This document shows, piece by piece, positions 1 to 12,650 of a stretch of 64,000 nucleotides of DNA. The DNA comes from Octopus vulgaris. Its lineage: Eukaryota. The notes under the pieces are model-generated. The model was not told where the DNA came from. It saw only the letters and a list, made by a program, of their open reading frames with translations, and searched no databases. Each line of letters opens with the position of its first letter. Position 1 is the stretch's first letter. Location: the NCBI GenBank assembly GCA_951406725.2, contig OX597814.1, forward strand, positions 148,676,001 through 148,740,000. The letters are read 5' to 3'. Position numbers and translations under genes: made by a program.

Positions 1-338
1 AATTGACTGATGATTTGATTGCGTATATCTATACACAAATACATCATTCGGGTTTTGGAAAGTTCTAAGCTTTTTATTTTCAAAATTATATCTAGAATAT
101 TAACATCGAGTAGCTTAGTATCTACGTTGATATTGTATACATTAATATATTAAGTCCCATTTCCTAACATACTTTAATCACTTGTTTCCTAAATCTATAA
201 ACTTATCACTCTTATAATTTCTGCACGAAAGTAAGATGTCATTACGATAAAAGAAAACAGTATATTTTAGAAATTTCTTTCTCAATAAATTCAGAATATA
301 TAGCCCTATAATTCCGTTCACATATTGAGTTTCATACA

Positions 339-375
<37 letters not shown>

Positions 376-699
376 GCATACATGTATATATATATGACGT
401 CCGATCAAACAATATTGGTAATTCTGCTATGGTAACGGAGCTAGAGTACGTAGAATGAAGCCGCTTGATACAGATTAACGTTCATCACCTGTTGCGCATG
501 CACACTATGTTATTATGTTCTCACTCACGTTGTTTATAGTGCTTGGAAGTAAAGTGTGTATAGTGTGGTGGTCTCACCAAACCACAGCAGTTTCTTCAGT
601 GACCAAGGCCTTTGCCAAAAATGTGGAGGTAAATGCACAGCGACCTCCTATTCAATGTTACAGTAAGCGTATGCAGAGGAGTGCGTGAGCCACCGCATA

Positions 700-1311
700 A
701 GTATGTACGGGTAATTCAATTGTTTCGAAAATACTCGACACAATGTCGAATGAGAGAAACTACATAAAGACAAGATTGATTATATCCTTCGACTACAAGG
801 GCGTTGAACATCATGTGTATCCTCACTCTTGTCAGTAAACAAGGTGTACAGTCGTGACGTGATGCGGCGTTTGCGGGATGTTTCTCGTCGGAAAAAAGCA
901 GAAGTGTATATGGCCGATGAGTAGCAACTCCACCATAATATTGTACCTGCCATTTCACCGCAGTTTGTGCAGCAGTTTCTGACCAAGCAAAACATTCTCC
1001 GGGTCCGACAAGCACTATATTCTTCAGATCAAGCTGCTTACCGTATCTTTTCGTCTTTCCAAAGACCAAATTCCACTTGAAAGAATCAAGATTTCAGGGC
1101 GTTGAGGAAATGAAACAGAATTCGAAGAGACAGCTTCCCGCTTTCCCCAAACAAGGAGTACTAGGAATGCTTTCTCTCAATGGAAACGACGCTGGATAAA
1201 GTACGTATCTTCAGAATGGGACTACTTCGAAGAAATTAAATGACAAATTAATGTGTGTAGTATTTTCTTATTTATATCACTAGTTCTGATAATTTTTGAT
1301 CAGTGGTTGTA
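700..1311 (+). mobile_element. Decayed mariner (Tc1/mariner) transposon, 3' half with right terminal repeat
   Basis: Frameshifted translation gives FDYKGVEHH, VNKVYSRDVMRRLRD, LHHNIVPA (HDNAPAH-like), YSSDQAA (YSPDLAP-like) and QWKRRWIKYVSSEWDYFEE*. Ends in a TIR-like sequence followed by TA at about 1310. Confidence 0.85.
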
Positions 1312-2068
1312 TGTATAAGACATTTAATCACGGAAGAGTACAGCCACTCAAAAGATCCGTTGCGGCCAGGCTTCCCGCTTCAGTGAATAAAACAATAGAA
1401 GAAAATGAACCTCATATCATTTTTATAAAATGATGATATATAAGTCTTTTGCGAAAAGTTTGGATTTGTCATTGATCATTTACCTCAGTCAATTCTATTT
1501 AATTTACAGTTTAATAAATGCGTATGAATGAAACTTTCAGCCATGTTCACTACTTTAGCTCTACGCCATCATATTTTACAAGCACCTTAATATATGTATT
1601 GAGTTCTATAGCTAAGGTTGTTATAACCAATATTCTATTCATGTGTTTACCGTACAAATACATAAACACGAAGATATTAACGATCTCCGGATGTTTGTAC
1701 TCATCAATCAAATTTTCTATCGAAATCTGACCCTCGTCACTTTTTTGCTTATATGTCTGAAAAAGACATTTATCCAGTCGTGAAGATATATAAAAACACA
1801 TACGCACAAACGTGCACACATACACACACGCGCACACGTACACACACACACAAACACACAGAGACATTTAAGGAGGTATACGTGTAAGTACGTACATTAT
1901 ATTTTTTTAATAGCCTACTGTATGTTTAAATATTCACATTAACGTTTCTCTCGCCGTGTATTTAACTACTATTTCTGATATACATATGTGTATGTATATA
2001 AATTCACGTACATACATACAAACATACATAAATACATGCACAAACATACACACACACACACACACATA

Positions 2069-2342
2069 TCTATTATATAAAATCCGTTCTGTCTGTGTGT
2101 ATGTCTTCTGGTATCTCGGGCATCCTCAATCCGATTGCGCTCAAATTTGATATGTAGATACCGACGGTATCAGGGCGCGTATAAGTCCTGAAAAAATTAC
2201 AAAAATCGATTCCAGGTGAGAATTCGATCGATAAAGCCGCGGGAACGTGCATATGTACGCACAACTACATCAGGTGTTGCGATCGATACTACGCGTACGC
2301 GAGAAAAATGCACGTGCAGTTTGCGCGAAAAATGCCGGCTAG
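2069..2342 (+). mobile_element. Short non-autonomous Helitron-like element
   Basis: Starts A|TCTATTATATAAAA..CTGTCTGTGTGT. Ends with an imperfect hairpin CGTGCAGTTTGCGCG 11 nt before CTAG (2339-2342). The base after CTAG is A rather than the canonical T. Confidence 0.6.
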
Positions 2343-3075
2343 ATTGAAATAATGCCACAAAATGCAGTATAATTAAGAGACGAAAAAAGTAAGATGCAAA
2401 AGAGATATTTTCTTCAAACTTGCCATGAAGGAAGGAAAGACTATTTGGTTTCTTAAGAAGTTTTTTTTTCCGTGACTTTGTTTAACAATACCAACAATTT
2501 TATTGGAATAAAGGCATGCTTAATTATTTCTTAATGAAAAGAAAACACTGATTGCTTTTTATTCAAGGAAGAAAATACTATTTTCTTGCTAATAAATGTT
2601 TGTTGCCTTACAGCTTTAAACCAAAAAGAAGTGTGTGTTTTAGTGAAAGAAAGCCATTATTGTTCTCCCAGTCAACAGCCTGGTACTTTAAACTCTTAGG
2701 TAGCATATTTGTGTCAATAAAATCGCATTTCTTTGGAATAGAAAAGAGTCTATATTTATTTCTTCTTTTGCTGGTGTCTCAAATTTAGATTAAATCAGTG
2801 TTTCTCAAAGGGGAAGCCTATGGGACGGTCGGACAAGTTGTTTTGAGAAAAGTTGATTTAAATGTTTGACAACTCAGATAGATATATGTTAATATATATT
2901 AATATATATTGCTATGCATGTGCGTTTGTATATGCACATTGTGATAATTACCCGGAAAGTTAAAAAGCTAAAAAAACAAAGGTTATACTCTAAATTATCG
3001 TAGCGACTACTGTTTTATCATAGTATTTGATGTACGTCAGATTCGCAACACTTCCAGGCGCCCTTAAATATTTTT

Positions 3076-3260
3076 TCTACTCTATGCACAAGGCCCAAAT
3101 ATTTAGGGAGGAGGTCAGTCGAGGAGATCGATCCCAGCACTCAACTGGTACTTTATTTATCGACCCCGAAATGATGAAAGGCAAGGTCGAGCTCGATGGC
3201 ATTTGAACTTAGAAAGTAAAGATACGCGAAATACCGCTAGGCATTTCGCCTGGCGTGCTA
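3076..3260 (-). mobile_element. tRNA-derived SINE (family A)
   Basis: Minus strand has a tRNA-like head (TAGCACGCCAGGCGAAATG...AAGTTCAAATGCC) and a central CCTTTCATCATTTCGGGGTCGATAAATAAAGTACCAG block. The block recurs at 3360-3410 and 54800-55010. Confidence 0.85.
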
Positions 3261-3272
3261 AAGTTTCTTATT

Positions 3273-3412
3273 TCTTTATTGCCCACAAGGGACTAAATAT
3301 AGAGGGGACAAACTAGGACAGGCAAAGGGCTTAAGCCGATTAGATCGACCCAGTGCATAACTGGTACTGGTACTTAATTTATCGACCCCGAAAAGATGAA
3401 AGGCAAAGATCG
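3273..3412 (-). mobile_element. SINE family A, 5'-truncated copy with an alternative 3' tail
   Basis: Same TTTCGGGGTCGATAAATTAAGTACCAG core. Its tail (3273-3326) resembles the Tx1-like LINE 3' end at 34874-34927. Confidence 0.8.
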
Positions 3413-4349
3413 AATGGGTTACTCTTTCTGAGATACCAGTCAAAATTATAGATTTCATAATGTTAATTATATGCCTGTTTCCCATTTTCTGAAATGCAAG
3501 AACGATAGCTAGTGGAAAATATATTGAGAAGTAGATTGGTGCAAATTTATTATCCTGCCTGACCCCTATGTCCACAACGGTTCCTGCAGAACACATTTGC
3601 TATTTGAGAGTTTTTATAGAGACGACTTGCTGGACTAATATTTTACAAAACTTACACAGGAACCCTAACTTTAGCAAAAGTTTCAACATTGCTTTTCTTT
3701 TCACAATGACAAACAGTTTCCTTATGTCAATAATCTTGATAGAATGGTAGATCTTGCTCTACTTTAAATTTCCCTGCATCTGTCTGACACCAAACCCAAT
3801 ATTCTTGGTGCCAGTACTTAATCTATATGCACACTGGGACATTATATATACATAAACTTTTACACTGTTCTCAATATCGTGAAAGTAAACATAAAGAATG
3901 CAGGAATAGAAATAAAAGCAAAATATAGAAAAATAACTGGCGTCATAAAGAAACGCCTAAACAAGCAAAAATCTGACAAAATCGAGAAGTCATATTAAAA
4001 TTCAACATCGATTATTTTATTATAAAAAGAAATGTTACCTAAATACAAATAGACGGTGTGTAATAGATATAGTTTTGTATATATTTAAGTAGATATTAGT
4101 TTACTTTATGAATATACAATATATGAAAATTTATAAACAGAAATCTTTTTTCCCAGTTAAGTAATGAATCACGAAATGTGAGTTATTTAAGTGTACATGC
4201 AATATTTTCGTTGCATTATTCTTCGTATATGTTCCAAAATGATTTCAAGTGAATTTACATTGTGTCATGCGATGTACTTTAAAATGTTTTTTTTTTTTAT
4301 AACAATAGTTTTTAATCAGACAGAATATGCATACACTTCTTACATGATA

Positions 4350-4570
4350 AGGGAGTATTACACCGTAAGGAGCACAGGGCCGGTCTCGTGGTTTCTGCGG
4401 CGCTTGTATTCCGCTATGGACGGAACGACGGTCCGTCGCAGAATTAATAACTTTTACCGGTTGAGTGGACTGGAGCTAGGTAAAATGAAGTGTCTTGCTA
4501 AAGAACACAACACAGAGCCCGGTACAGAAATCGAAACCATTATTTTCCGATTATTAGTCCAACACCCTTA
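4350..4570 (-). mobile_element. tRNA-derived SINE (V/CORE-like central block)
   Basis: Minus strand shows B-box-like GGTTTCGATTTC followed by TTGTGTTCTTTAGCAAGACACTT, typical of CORE/V-type SINE bodies. Confidence 0.65.
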
Positions 4571-5871
4571 CTGCTATGTACTTGTAATTGTAATTTTTAG
4601 TATAGCAAACGTCTTCAAAGATAATAAAAGATAATCATATTTGCTCCTTGCCTCATAACATTTTAGTGCGTGATTGAGTGAAATGTAATTTCTTTACCTC
4701 GATGGAAAAAAAATTATATTCCGAAAACAGAAAAATATTCATGCTTAACACAAGATTTTTCTTTTGCTGCAGAAAATATCTCAGAACAACAAGAAAGCAA
4801 AATTTGAATGCCAAGAACACAAAATGTTTTTGCGTCTAATGTTTATTTCTCTGCAGTAATAATCTATACTGAAAATAGTACAAGACAAATAGTTAAAGTA
4901 CAGATAAGGAAATATTTTTATCTCTTGTCATATTCGATTAGGTATTTTTAATTATGACTACAATTATATGCTTCCAATTCACTAAAATACCTTTTACATG
5001 TGCTTTCAATTCTCAGAGCATATAGAGCGTGTTTTAGTGAAAACTTTCCCTCTGCTATCTGTACGCCAACTGAAGTGGAAATTCATGTATTCAATTTGCC
5101 AAATTGGCAGAATTTCAATTAACATTATGTGCATATTGAAAGTGCTGCTTTGTTCATTGTTTGTTCATGTTAGAGTTAGTCTAACACTTGATTTTATGTC
5201 CCACTGTTATATCACAATTCAGTTATATAATTATACATTGAAGTCGTGCTCATATAACATATTTTAACCCCATAACTTTTAAACATGGTTTGTTACTGAA
5301 ATTCCTCACATTGGTTCCAAGAAAATATATTAAATCGGACAAAAGATGGTAATTGTTTAGTATAGTAAAAACGAACGTTTCCTAAATGTTACTGAATGAC
5401 TGCTTTTTTATTTCCCAGAACAATAAACACTGGTATATTTAACTACACATACTACGTTGCGGAGAAAACGAAATTATGGGTTACTACAGATAATATTATC
5501 ATCGAATGGTTCATTTTTGATTTACCAAGCTCGTTACCAAAGTAAGGGCTTTGATTTTTAACAGAAAACCTGCAGCACTGATCATCTGTTCGCCATTTCA
5601 TTTAGCGTGCTTTGATGATCAAACTGGTTTTGTAGACGGCTACTTCGGAGTGTCGCTCCACTTTTTCAATTATGTTAATTTATGTGCCTGAGGGTCAAAG
5701 AGGAAAATAAAAGTTTCATGTCCATCGCTTGATTGTTATTTATCTATTGAATCCGAGGAAATGAGAGGTAAACATGACCTGTAAATGAATTGACCTGAAG
5801 TCGGGAGAATTACCGAAAACATTTGTACTCCATCGAATGTTCTATAACATAAAAATAAACACACACACACA

Positions 5872-6962
5872 CTCCCAACCCTATCATAACACTGACTCCT
5901 TGACCTGCACTTCTAGCAACGTCATCTACTGCATGTCTTGTTCTCTCTGTTCTTCTCTATACATCGGTCAAACAGGACGCCGCTTGTCTGGCCGGTTAGC
6001 GAGACATCAGACTCGGCAACATCACCCGATCTTGCGCCATTTCCGCTCTACCGCTCATTCTTTACAACTGTCTGTGTTTGGATTGTCCTTGCACATCTGG
6101 ACTCCCGTCTTTGCCGTGAAGAAGTGTTAATCTTCTGTCTTCGCTCCTTTGCACCACATGGGATAATCTCTCCTCACTTTATCTAACCCTCTTCGTCTCT
6201 CCTCTCTTCCTCTCCTCTTTTGCTCTGATACCTACTGCCTCTCTTCACGCCTACCCTCTTCTCGCTTCCACCCTCTCCCTTCATCCTCACCCCTTCCTTG
6301 TTACCCCACCCCTGCACATTCCAACTCCACCATCCCTATACATCCTATCACACCCCACCTTATCCCTGACACCCCATTCTTGCTTCCCCAAATCTCGCAC
6401 CGCCCACACCCAAACACGACCACACCACACTTCATCTTGCCACACCACACCGCACCACCACACCACACACCGCCACACCACACACCACCACCACACACCA
6501 CTACACCAAACACTACCACACCCACACACCATCACACCACACACCACCATACCACACCACACTACCCCGCACACACTAGCTCTAACCACTTCCCAGCACC
6601 GAAACCAGTGTACACACCAGCACTGACCACTTTCCATCATCCACAACATCATCAACGCACCAGACATAAAAACACGCACACATCATGGTCACAATCCCCC
6701 TTCCACATGCACATACACGTTCTCACATACACACGCACGCGCACCTTCGTTTGGGGATCACAACCACTTTCTTATCTCCTCTTCTTCCTAGCACTGCTGT
6801 GTGACCCCTCTATCCAGCATTTGCCATGATAGATCACTAACTACTAAACCTTTTCTATTTTCTTTCTCTGTTTATTTCTGTGTTCCTTTCTGTCGAAGAG
6901 CGTTAAACTAATACATTGTTGTTTACGCTCCCGTTTTCATCTTTTATTTTGGTAAATTCTCA
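5872..6962 (+). mobile_element. Penelope-like element, 3' fragment (GIY-YIG endonuclease plus pLTR)
   Basis: LTCTSSNVIYCMSCSLCSSLYIGQTGRRL is a GIY-YIG motif. Closely similar to 47450-48467. Ends in (TA)n. Confidence 0.9.
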
Positions 6963-6963
6963 C

Positions 6964-7060
6964 TATATATATATATATATATATATACATATATATACAT
7001 ACATATATATATATATATATATACATACATATACATATATATATATATATATATACATAC

Positions 7061-7123
<63 letters not shown>

Positions 7124-7154
7124 CATATATATATATACATACATATATATATAT

Positions 7155-7242
<88 letters not shown>

Positions 7243-7261
7243 TATACATATATATATATAT

Positions 7262-7292
<31 letters not shown>

Positions 7293-7648
7293 CATACATA
7301 TATATATATATATATACATACATACATATATATATATATATACATACATATATATATATATATATAGATAGATAGAGAGATAGATATATACATATATATA
7401 TATATATACATATATATAGATATATACCGGAGTAAACACATAAATGTGAAACAAGGTGGAAAAAGAGTATTCAAATACCAGTGGTAGAGTAATATGCTTT
7501 AAATAAAGTATATAGATATATATATATACATATATACATATATATATATTTACACACACACATATATATATGTATGTAAATATATATATATGTGTGTGTG
7601 TGTGGGTGTGGGTGGTTGTGAGTATATATATATATATATATATATATA
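6964..7648. repeat. Long (TA)n/(TACA)n microsatellite interrupted by a short repeat fragment at 7428-7510
   Basis: Directly visible; source of the YI-repeat ORFs. Confidence 0.95.
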
Positions 7649-7719
7649 TTGGCAAATGGAACAGGTTCAGGACTCTGCTTGTGTTCTTGGGCATCATTTA
7701 CCATGTGTTTCTTGAGTTG

Positions 7720-8700
7720 ATGACAAAACCTACTATACCACGTGCCTCAAAAACCACAATGGCAGGTAATGTTTCCCTTTAGAAAAGCAGCATATTTCCA
7801 GTGTGCCTTCAAGATTTTACGAAGTTGGTTCCGATGTTGTAATCGACTTTGCTGAAATCTTTGAACTGTGGAAAAGCAAGTTTAGCGTCAGGCATCTCGT
7901 TCTGACGCCTTGTTTTCTCAGGAAGAAGAGAGAATGTTGCATCGCCTCATATTGTCTTTTAGCTTGTCATAGAAGCGCAAGAGGGAACTTCCAAGAGACC
8001 TTCGCGTTTGAAACTGACCTAAGAGAATTTGCTTCTGACATTACTCTTACGTGTGAGATGTCCTGACCATCCTACTGGTAATTTGATGGGGATAGCTTCA
8101 ATACCTGATGTGTTGCATTTTGTAGGTACCTCACAGTTTTGAATATCGTCAATCAATTTTGTGTTGGAAATAATAAGCTAGTATCGCATATACAAAGCGT
8201 CAAGATGGTTCATGTGCTTTCGGTACTGGGTCCAAGATTGAGCACCATAAAGTAACAATGTCAAAACCACCGACTTATGTACATCGACTTCCACCTTCAA
8301 CGATACGTCATGGCTGTTTCAAAGCCTGTGATAAAGCTTACCGAATGTGCAAGTAGCCTTTTCGATTCTGGAGTCAATTTCTTTATCCATCTTAGTAACA
8401 CTGAATATAATGGAAGCAAGATAAGTGAAAAAGGAAACAGTTTTTAATGATTTCCCACAAACATATACAGTAGGGGAAATGGTCACAATTGGGCTGATGG
8501 GCAAGCTCAGATTTCTTGATATACATGGTCAGACCTACAGCTTTCGGTGCACGTGAGAAGTTGTTTAAAATCCCTTGCACGTTTTCAAGAGTGGTGTGTG
8601 CTAGAATTGCACAATCGTTAGCGAAGACAAAATCTCGAACTACTTGCGGGAAAGTTTAAATTTTTGCTCTGAACAGCTGTTGGTTGAACAACATCTTTCT
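7720..8700 (-). mobile_element. Decayed RTE-clade LINE, RT C-terminal region
   Basis: Minus translation: VRDFVFANDCAIL (FADD-like), GLTMYIKKSE, FTYLASII..DKEIDSRIEKATCTFGKL, LLLYGAQSWT; contains stops and frameshifts. Confidence 0.85.
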
Positions 8701-9098
8701 CCTACACACACACACAAACATACACACACATATACACATATATAAGGAATATAAGGCAAGGTAGAAAATGCTAAAGTAATTTTATCAGGAAATACATTGT
8801 GTAACTGTTAGTACCGTTTTCTTTCAATTCGACATTTCCCACTAAGAGTAAAACATATGTGGATGTTACTTAAGAAAAACAATTAATTTGAAGAAAAAAT
8901 TAAATTATATTTTTGGAAATATTTCTACAGTCTTCAAATAGGAAGGACATTTTTCTTTTTTCTGTCTCACTTTACCTTTCCTTTCTTAAGGCTCGGTGGG
9001 TAGTAGCAGGTCTGAAAAAATAGTATCTATGGGTGCAGAGAAATATTTGGTTCTCCAATTTGATGGTTTAAATAACAGCAGTCGAAGAACGAGGTGGC

Positions 9099-9271
9099 GA
9101 AGAAGAAGAAGAAGAAGAAGAAGAAGAAGAAGAAGAAGAAGAAGAAGAAGAAGAAGAAGAAGAAGAAGAAGAAGAAGAAGAAGAAGAAGAAGGAGAAGAA
9201 GAAGTAGAAGGAGAAGAAGAAGAAGAAGAAGAAGAAGAAGAAGAAGAAGAAGAAGAAGAAGAAGAAGAAGA
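9099..9271. repeat. (GAA)n microsatellite
   Basis: About 57 GAA units, directly visible. Confidence 0.97.
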
Positions 9272-10113
9272 ATGACCCATAGTAGGGGTTGTCCGTGGAA
9301 TCTATTTTAATGATCAAGTAACCTGAAAGTGAACCTGTTTTGCTTATAGCAATAGTGGTAGGAACTGCTATAAATAATCTCTTGCGTAGCAACCGTTTTT
9401 ATATCTATTAGTTTTTAATATTTGCATGGGTATTATTCTATGATCCTTCTAGTAAAATCATCTGTGGAGGAAATATTCAAAAGATGTTTATATTTTGCTA
9501 CAAAATATCATTCTTTACTAATGCACTGATTATAGGTTGGATTGACCCTAAATTTATAGAGCTGGAAAACTTCTCAAATTGGATTGTTCGTTTGTGGCAC
9601 AGATGGCACGTTCTTCACATAATGCTATTTTTCTGTATATATATTTTTTATGTGTCTGTGAGAGAGAGAGAAAGATAGATTGAGAGAGGAATGTGCCTCT
9701 GGGCTTCAATATGCGGGTGGGTCATTACTTTTCAATATTTTAATACATTTAAATACCATAGGGACGTGAAATGCTTGTTACTATTCAATGACAAATATGA
9801 AAATGCGATGGAAATTTTAAAGGAAGTACACGAAAAAATGCTTATAACATCGAGACCTGCATAAAAATTAAATGGCAAAAGTATTTGATAAAGATTCAAG
9901 ACTTTCGAGACATTAGTTAGCTACAAGTCATGATACACATTTTAAATTGATTACGATCCTTCGTAATACATTAAGTTAGCAATAGTAAGTGATTATTTTA
10001 AAGTATCATATAAGAAAACGTATTTGGTAAGCTATGTGCAAGAAGTATTGTTCGTCGTCATTACCTCTACTATTTCCAATGCAAAGTCTATACTATATTT
10101 CAAGCTGGTGATG

Positions 10114-10236
<123 letters not shown>

Positions 10237-10258
10237 TTATATACATATATACCTAAAA

Positions 10259-10289
<31 letters not shown>

Positions 10290-10406
10290 GTTGAGTATAG
10301 AGATTCGGGGTGAGTACTTGATAATTATAAGCACCTGTGTATACCGTTTGGTGGTGTAGGTGGTGGAGTAAATTGATCAAAATAAAAACATGATGCCAAG
10401 GATTCA

Positions 10407-10484
10407 GCGGTACATATGTTTCGGGCCTTTATTAGACAGATTTATAACAATGCATAATGTATGTCTGTGGCCTTCTTCAGCCGC
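10407..10484 (-). ncRNA. Type I hammerhead ribozyme motif (left arm of the palindrome)
   Basis: Minus strand reads GCGG-CUGAAGA-A-GGCC[ACAGA..UCUGU..]GGCC-C-GAAAC-AUAU-GUA-CCGC. Stem I is GCGG/CCGC, the core is canonical, stem III is palindromic (ACAUAUGU), and the cleavage triplet is GUA. Confidence 0.75.
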
Positions 10485-10964
10485 GCACAACAGCTTCCAC
10501 AAGGACATGTGTTACATCAAAAATTCTTGGTTGGGATGCAAATCCTCTCATTCGCGTACGACATAATGCGGCAACAGCATAGAATTGAAGCGTCCATCTC
10601 TTTCTTCTCTCAATGTAGAATGAGGAAATTTGGATGTTGAAGTAATGTAAATAAATAAATACATATATAGACGTGAGGATGGAGGGGCGAGAATTCAGGA
10701 CGAGGGATAAAAAATGTATAAAAAGTGTATACATTTTTTATCCCTCGTCCTGAATTCTTGCCCCTCCATCCTCACGTCTATATATGTATTTATTTATTTA
10801 CATTACTTCAACATCCAAATTTCCTCATTCTACATTGAGAGAAGAAAGAGATGGACGCTTCAATTATATGCTGTTGCCGCATTATGTCGTACGCGAATGA
10901 GAAGATTTGCATCCCCAACCAAGAATTTTTGATGTAACACATGTCCTTGTGGAAGCTGTTGTGC

Positions 10965-11042
10965 ACGGCTGAAGAAGGCCACAGATATACATTATGCATT
11001 GTTATAAATCTGTCTAATAAAGGCCCGAAACATATATACCGC
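10965..11042 (+). ncRNA. Type I hammerhead motif (right arm), slightly decayed
   Basis: Same fold as 10407-10484 but with AUA instead of GUA and one stem I mismatch. Confidence 0.6.
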
Positions 11043-11196
11043 TGAATCCTTGGCATCATGTTTTTATTTTGATCAATATATATATGTGTGTGTTTATATA
11101 CATATATACCTAAATATATGTATATATATATATATATATATATACCTGTGTATATATATATATGTGTGTGTTTATATACATATATACATAAATATA

Positions 11197-11237
<41 letters not shown>

Positions 11238-11272
11238 GTATATATATATGTGTGTGTGTGTTTATATACATA

Positions 11273-11909
11273 CTAGCAGTATCGCCCGGCGTTGCTCGGG
11301 TTTGTAAGGGAAATAACTATATAAGCATTTCTAGAGAGTTATAGCCAAAAAATAGCAAAAAATGCATTAAAAAAGGAAAAAATATGATGGTAAATTTTTT
11401 TTTAAATCGTTGACTCATCGTAGACATTTTTAGAGAGTTACTTCCCTTATATAATAGCGAAAAAATGCATTAAAATGGAAAAAAAACGATGGTAAATTTT
11501 TTTTTAAATCGTAGACTCATGTAGACGCTTTCTTAGCCATTTCTGTTTTGGTGTCTTCAAGCCATGAAGTCGTTGTTCTAAAAGAACACTGGTCTCCTTG
11601 ACAACGCATTACGACGTTGATTTCCTTACACTCCCTTCCCCACAGGTGCAGGTGTGAGCGTGGACGCCAACTCCGCCGCCATCGACACACGAAAAATTAT
11701 GCATTAAAATGGAATAAAAAATGATGTTAAATTATTTTTAAAATCGTAGACTCATCGTAGACGCGCGCTAATATTCAGACGGGCTCGATATGAATCACGA
11801 CTATAAGCTACCCGAATTTGGTTAAACTGTACCGCAAAATTTGGGAGTAGTTAGGAATCTAAATCGAAGGGGACAGACACTCACACAACTACAGTTTTAT
11901 ATATATAGA
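11273..11909 (-). mobile_element. Non-autonomous Helitron
   Basis: Minus strand reads A|TC-TATATATAAAA... and ends with hairpin CCCGAGCAACGCCGGG, 8 nt, CTAG|T. Canonical termini inserted at an AT dinucleotide; three internal ~70-bp subrepeats. Confidence 0.85.
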
Positions 11910-11919
11910 TATACATAGC

Positions 11920-12340
11920 GCAGTAGTGGTGAGATATGACAGCAAAGAAAAGCATACATTCACTCTCTGCATGCAATTAGACTCGGAAAGTTCGTGAGGA
12001 ACCCATTGACCCAATTTGCTGACTTTTCCGATAGCACACAGGTGTCAATGAATGGTTGAATGAGCAAATCCAAGCTTCTCTGCTAGTTCCTCAACAGTTA
12101 CGATGATATTTTGTTCCACCAGGGTTTTCAGGATGTCCTTGTCGAGTTCTACAGATCTTTCAGGATGAGGCTCGTCTTCTAGGCTGTAGTTTATGGCTCG
12201 GGATTTCTGGAACCACCATTGACACTGCCTTACGCTTGTTGTCCAATCCCCAAAAACTGCATTAATATTTCTTGTACTTTGCACACATTTATATTCTGTT
12301 ATTCTTTTATATGTTTCAGCCTTGAGGTTGTGGCCATGCT
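11920..12340 (-). mobile_element. Mariner transposase N-terminal fragment
   Basis: INAVFGDWTTSVRQCQWWFQK..SLEDEPHPER..VEELAEKLG, followed by KLGQWVPHEL (mariner WVPHEL motif). Confidence 0.9.
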
Positions 12341-12344
12341 GGAT

Positions 12345-12345
<1 letters not shown>

Positions 12346-12375
<30 letters not shown>

Positions 12376-12650
12376 CTATCTGTCTGTCTGTATGTATATA
12401 TGTATATGTATGTGTGTGAACAATAATATTTTCAACAGATGTGTTGCAAATGTATCTGATTGTTCTCAAGCTTCAATACTGTGTGTGTGTGTATGTGTGT
12501 GTATGTATGTATGTATATGTATGTATGTATGTATATGTATGTATGTATGTATGTGTGTATGTATGTATGTATGTGTGTGTGTATGTGTGTATGTATGTAT
12601 GTATGTATGTATGTATGTATGTATGTATGAGTGTATGTATGAGTGTATGT
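12346..12650. repeat. (TG)n/(TATG)n microsatellite cluster
   Basis: Directly visible. Confidence 0.9.

Larger units (their letters stand above)
10372..11077. repeat. Near-perfect palindrome: ~349-bp arms with a 7-nt spacer, each arm carrying a hammerhead motif
   Basis: 10372-10720 is the reverse complement of 10728-11077 with about six substitutions and one indel; spacer is AAAAGTG. Confidence 0.97.

Noticed and set aside
6287-6829. His/Pro/Thr-rich ORF, and Pro/Ser-rich ORFs at 19317-19953
   Set aside because: Low-complexity non-coding tails of Penelope copies.
6916-7697. Long ORFs (YI repeats; similarly poly-R/F/S at 9.0 kb, CMYV repeats, poly-H/D at 36 kb, poly-I/N at 57 and 62 kb)
   Set aside because: These are stop-free translations of microsatellites.
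11355-11765. CRISPR-like spaced repeats
   Set aside because: Eukaryotic context, irregular spacing, internal to a Helitron, and no cas genes.
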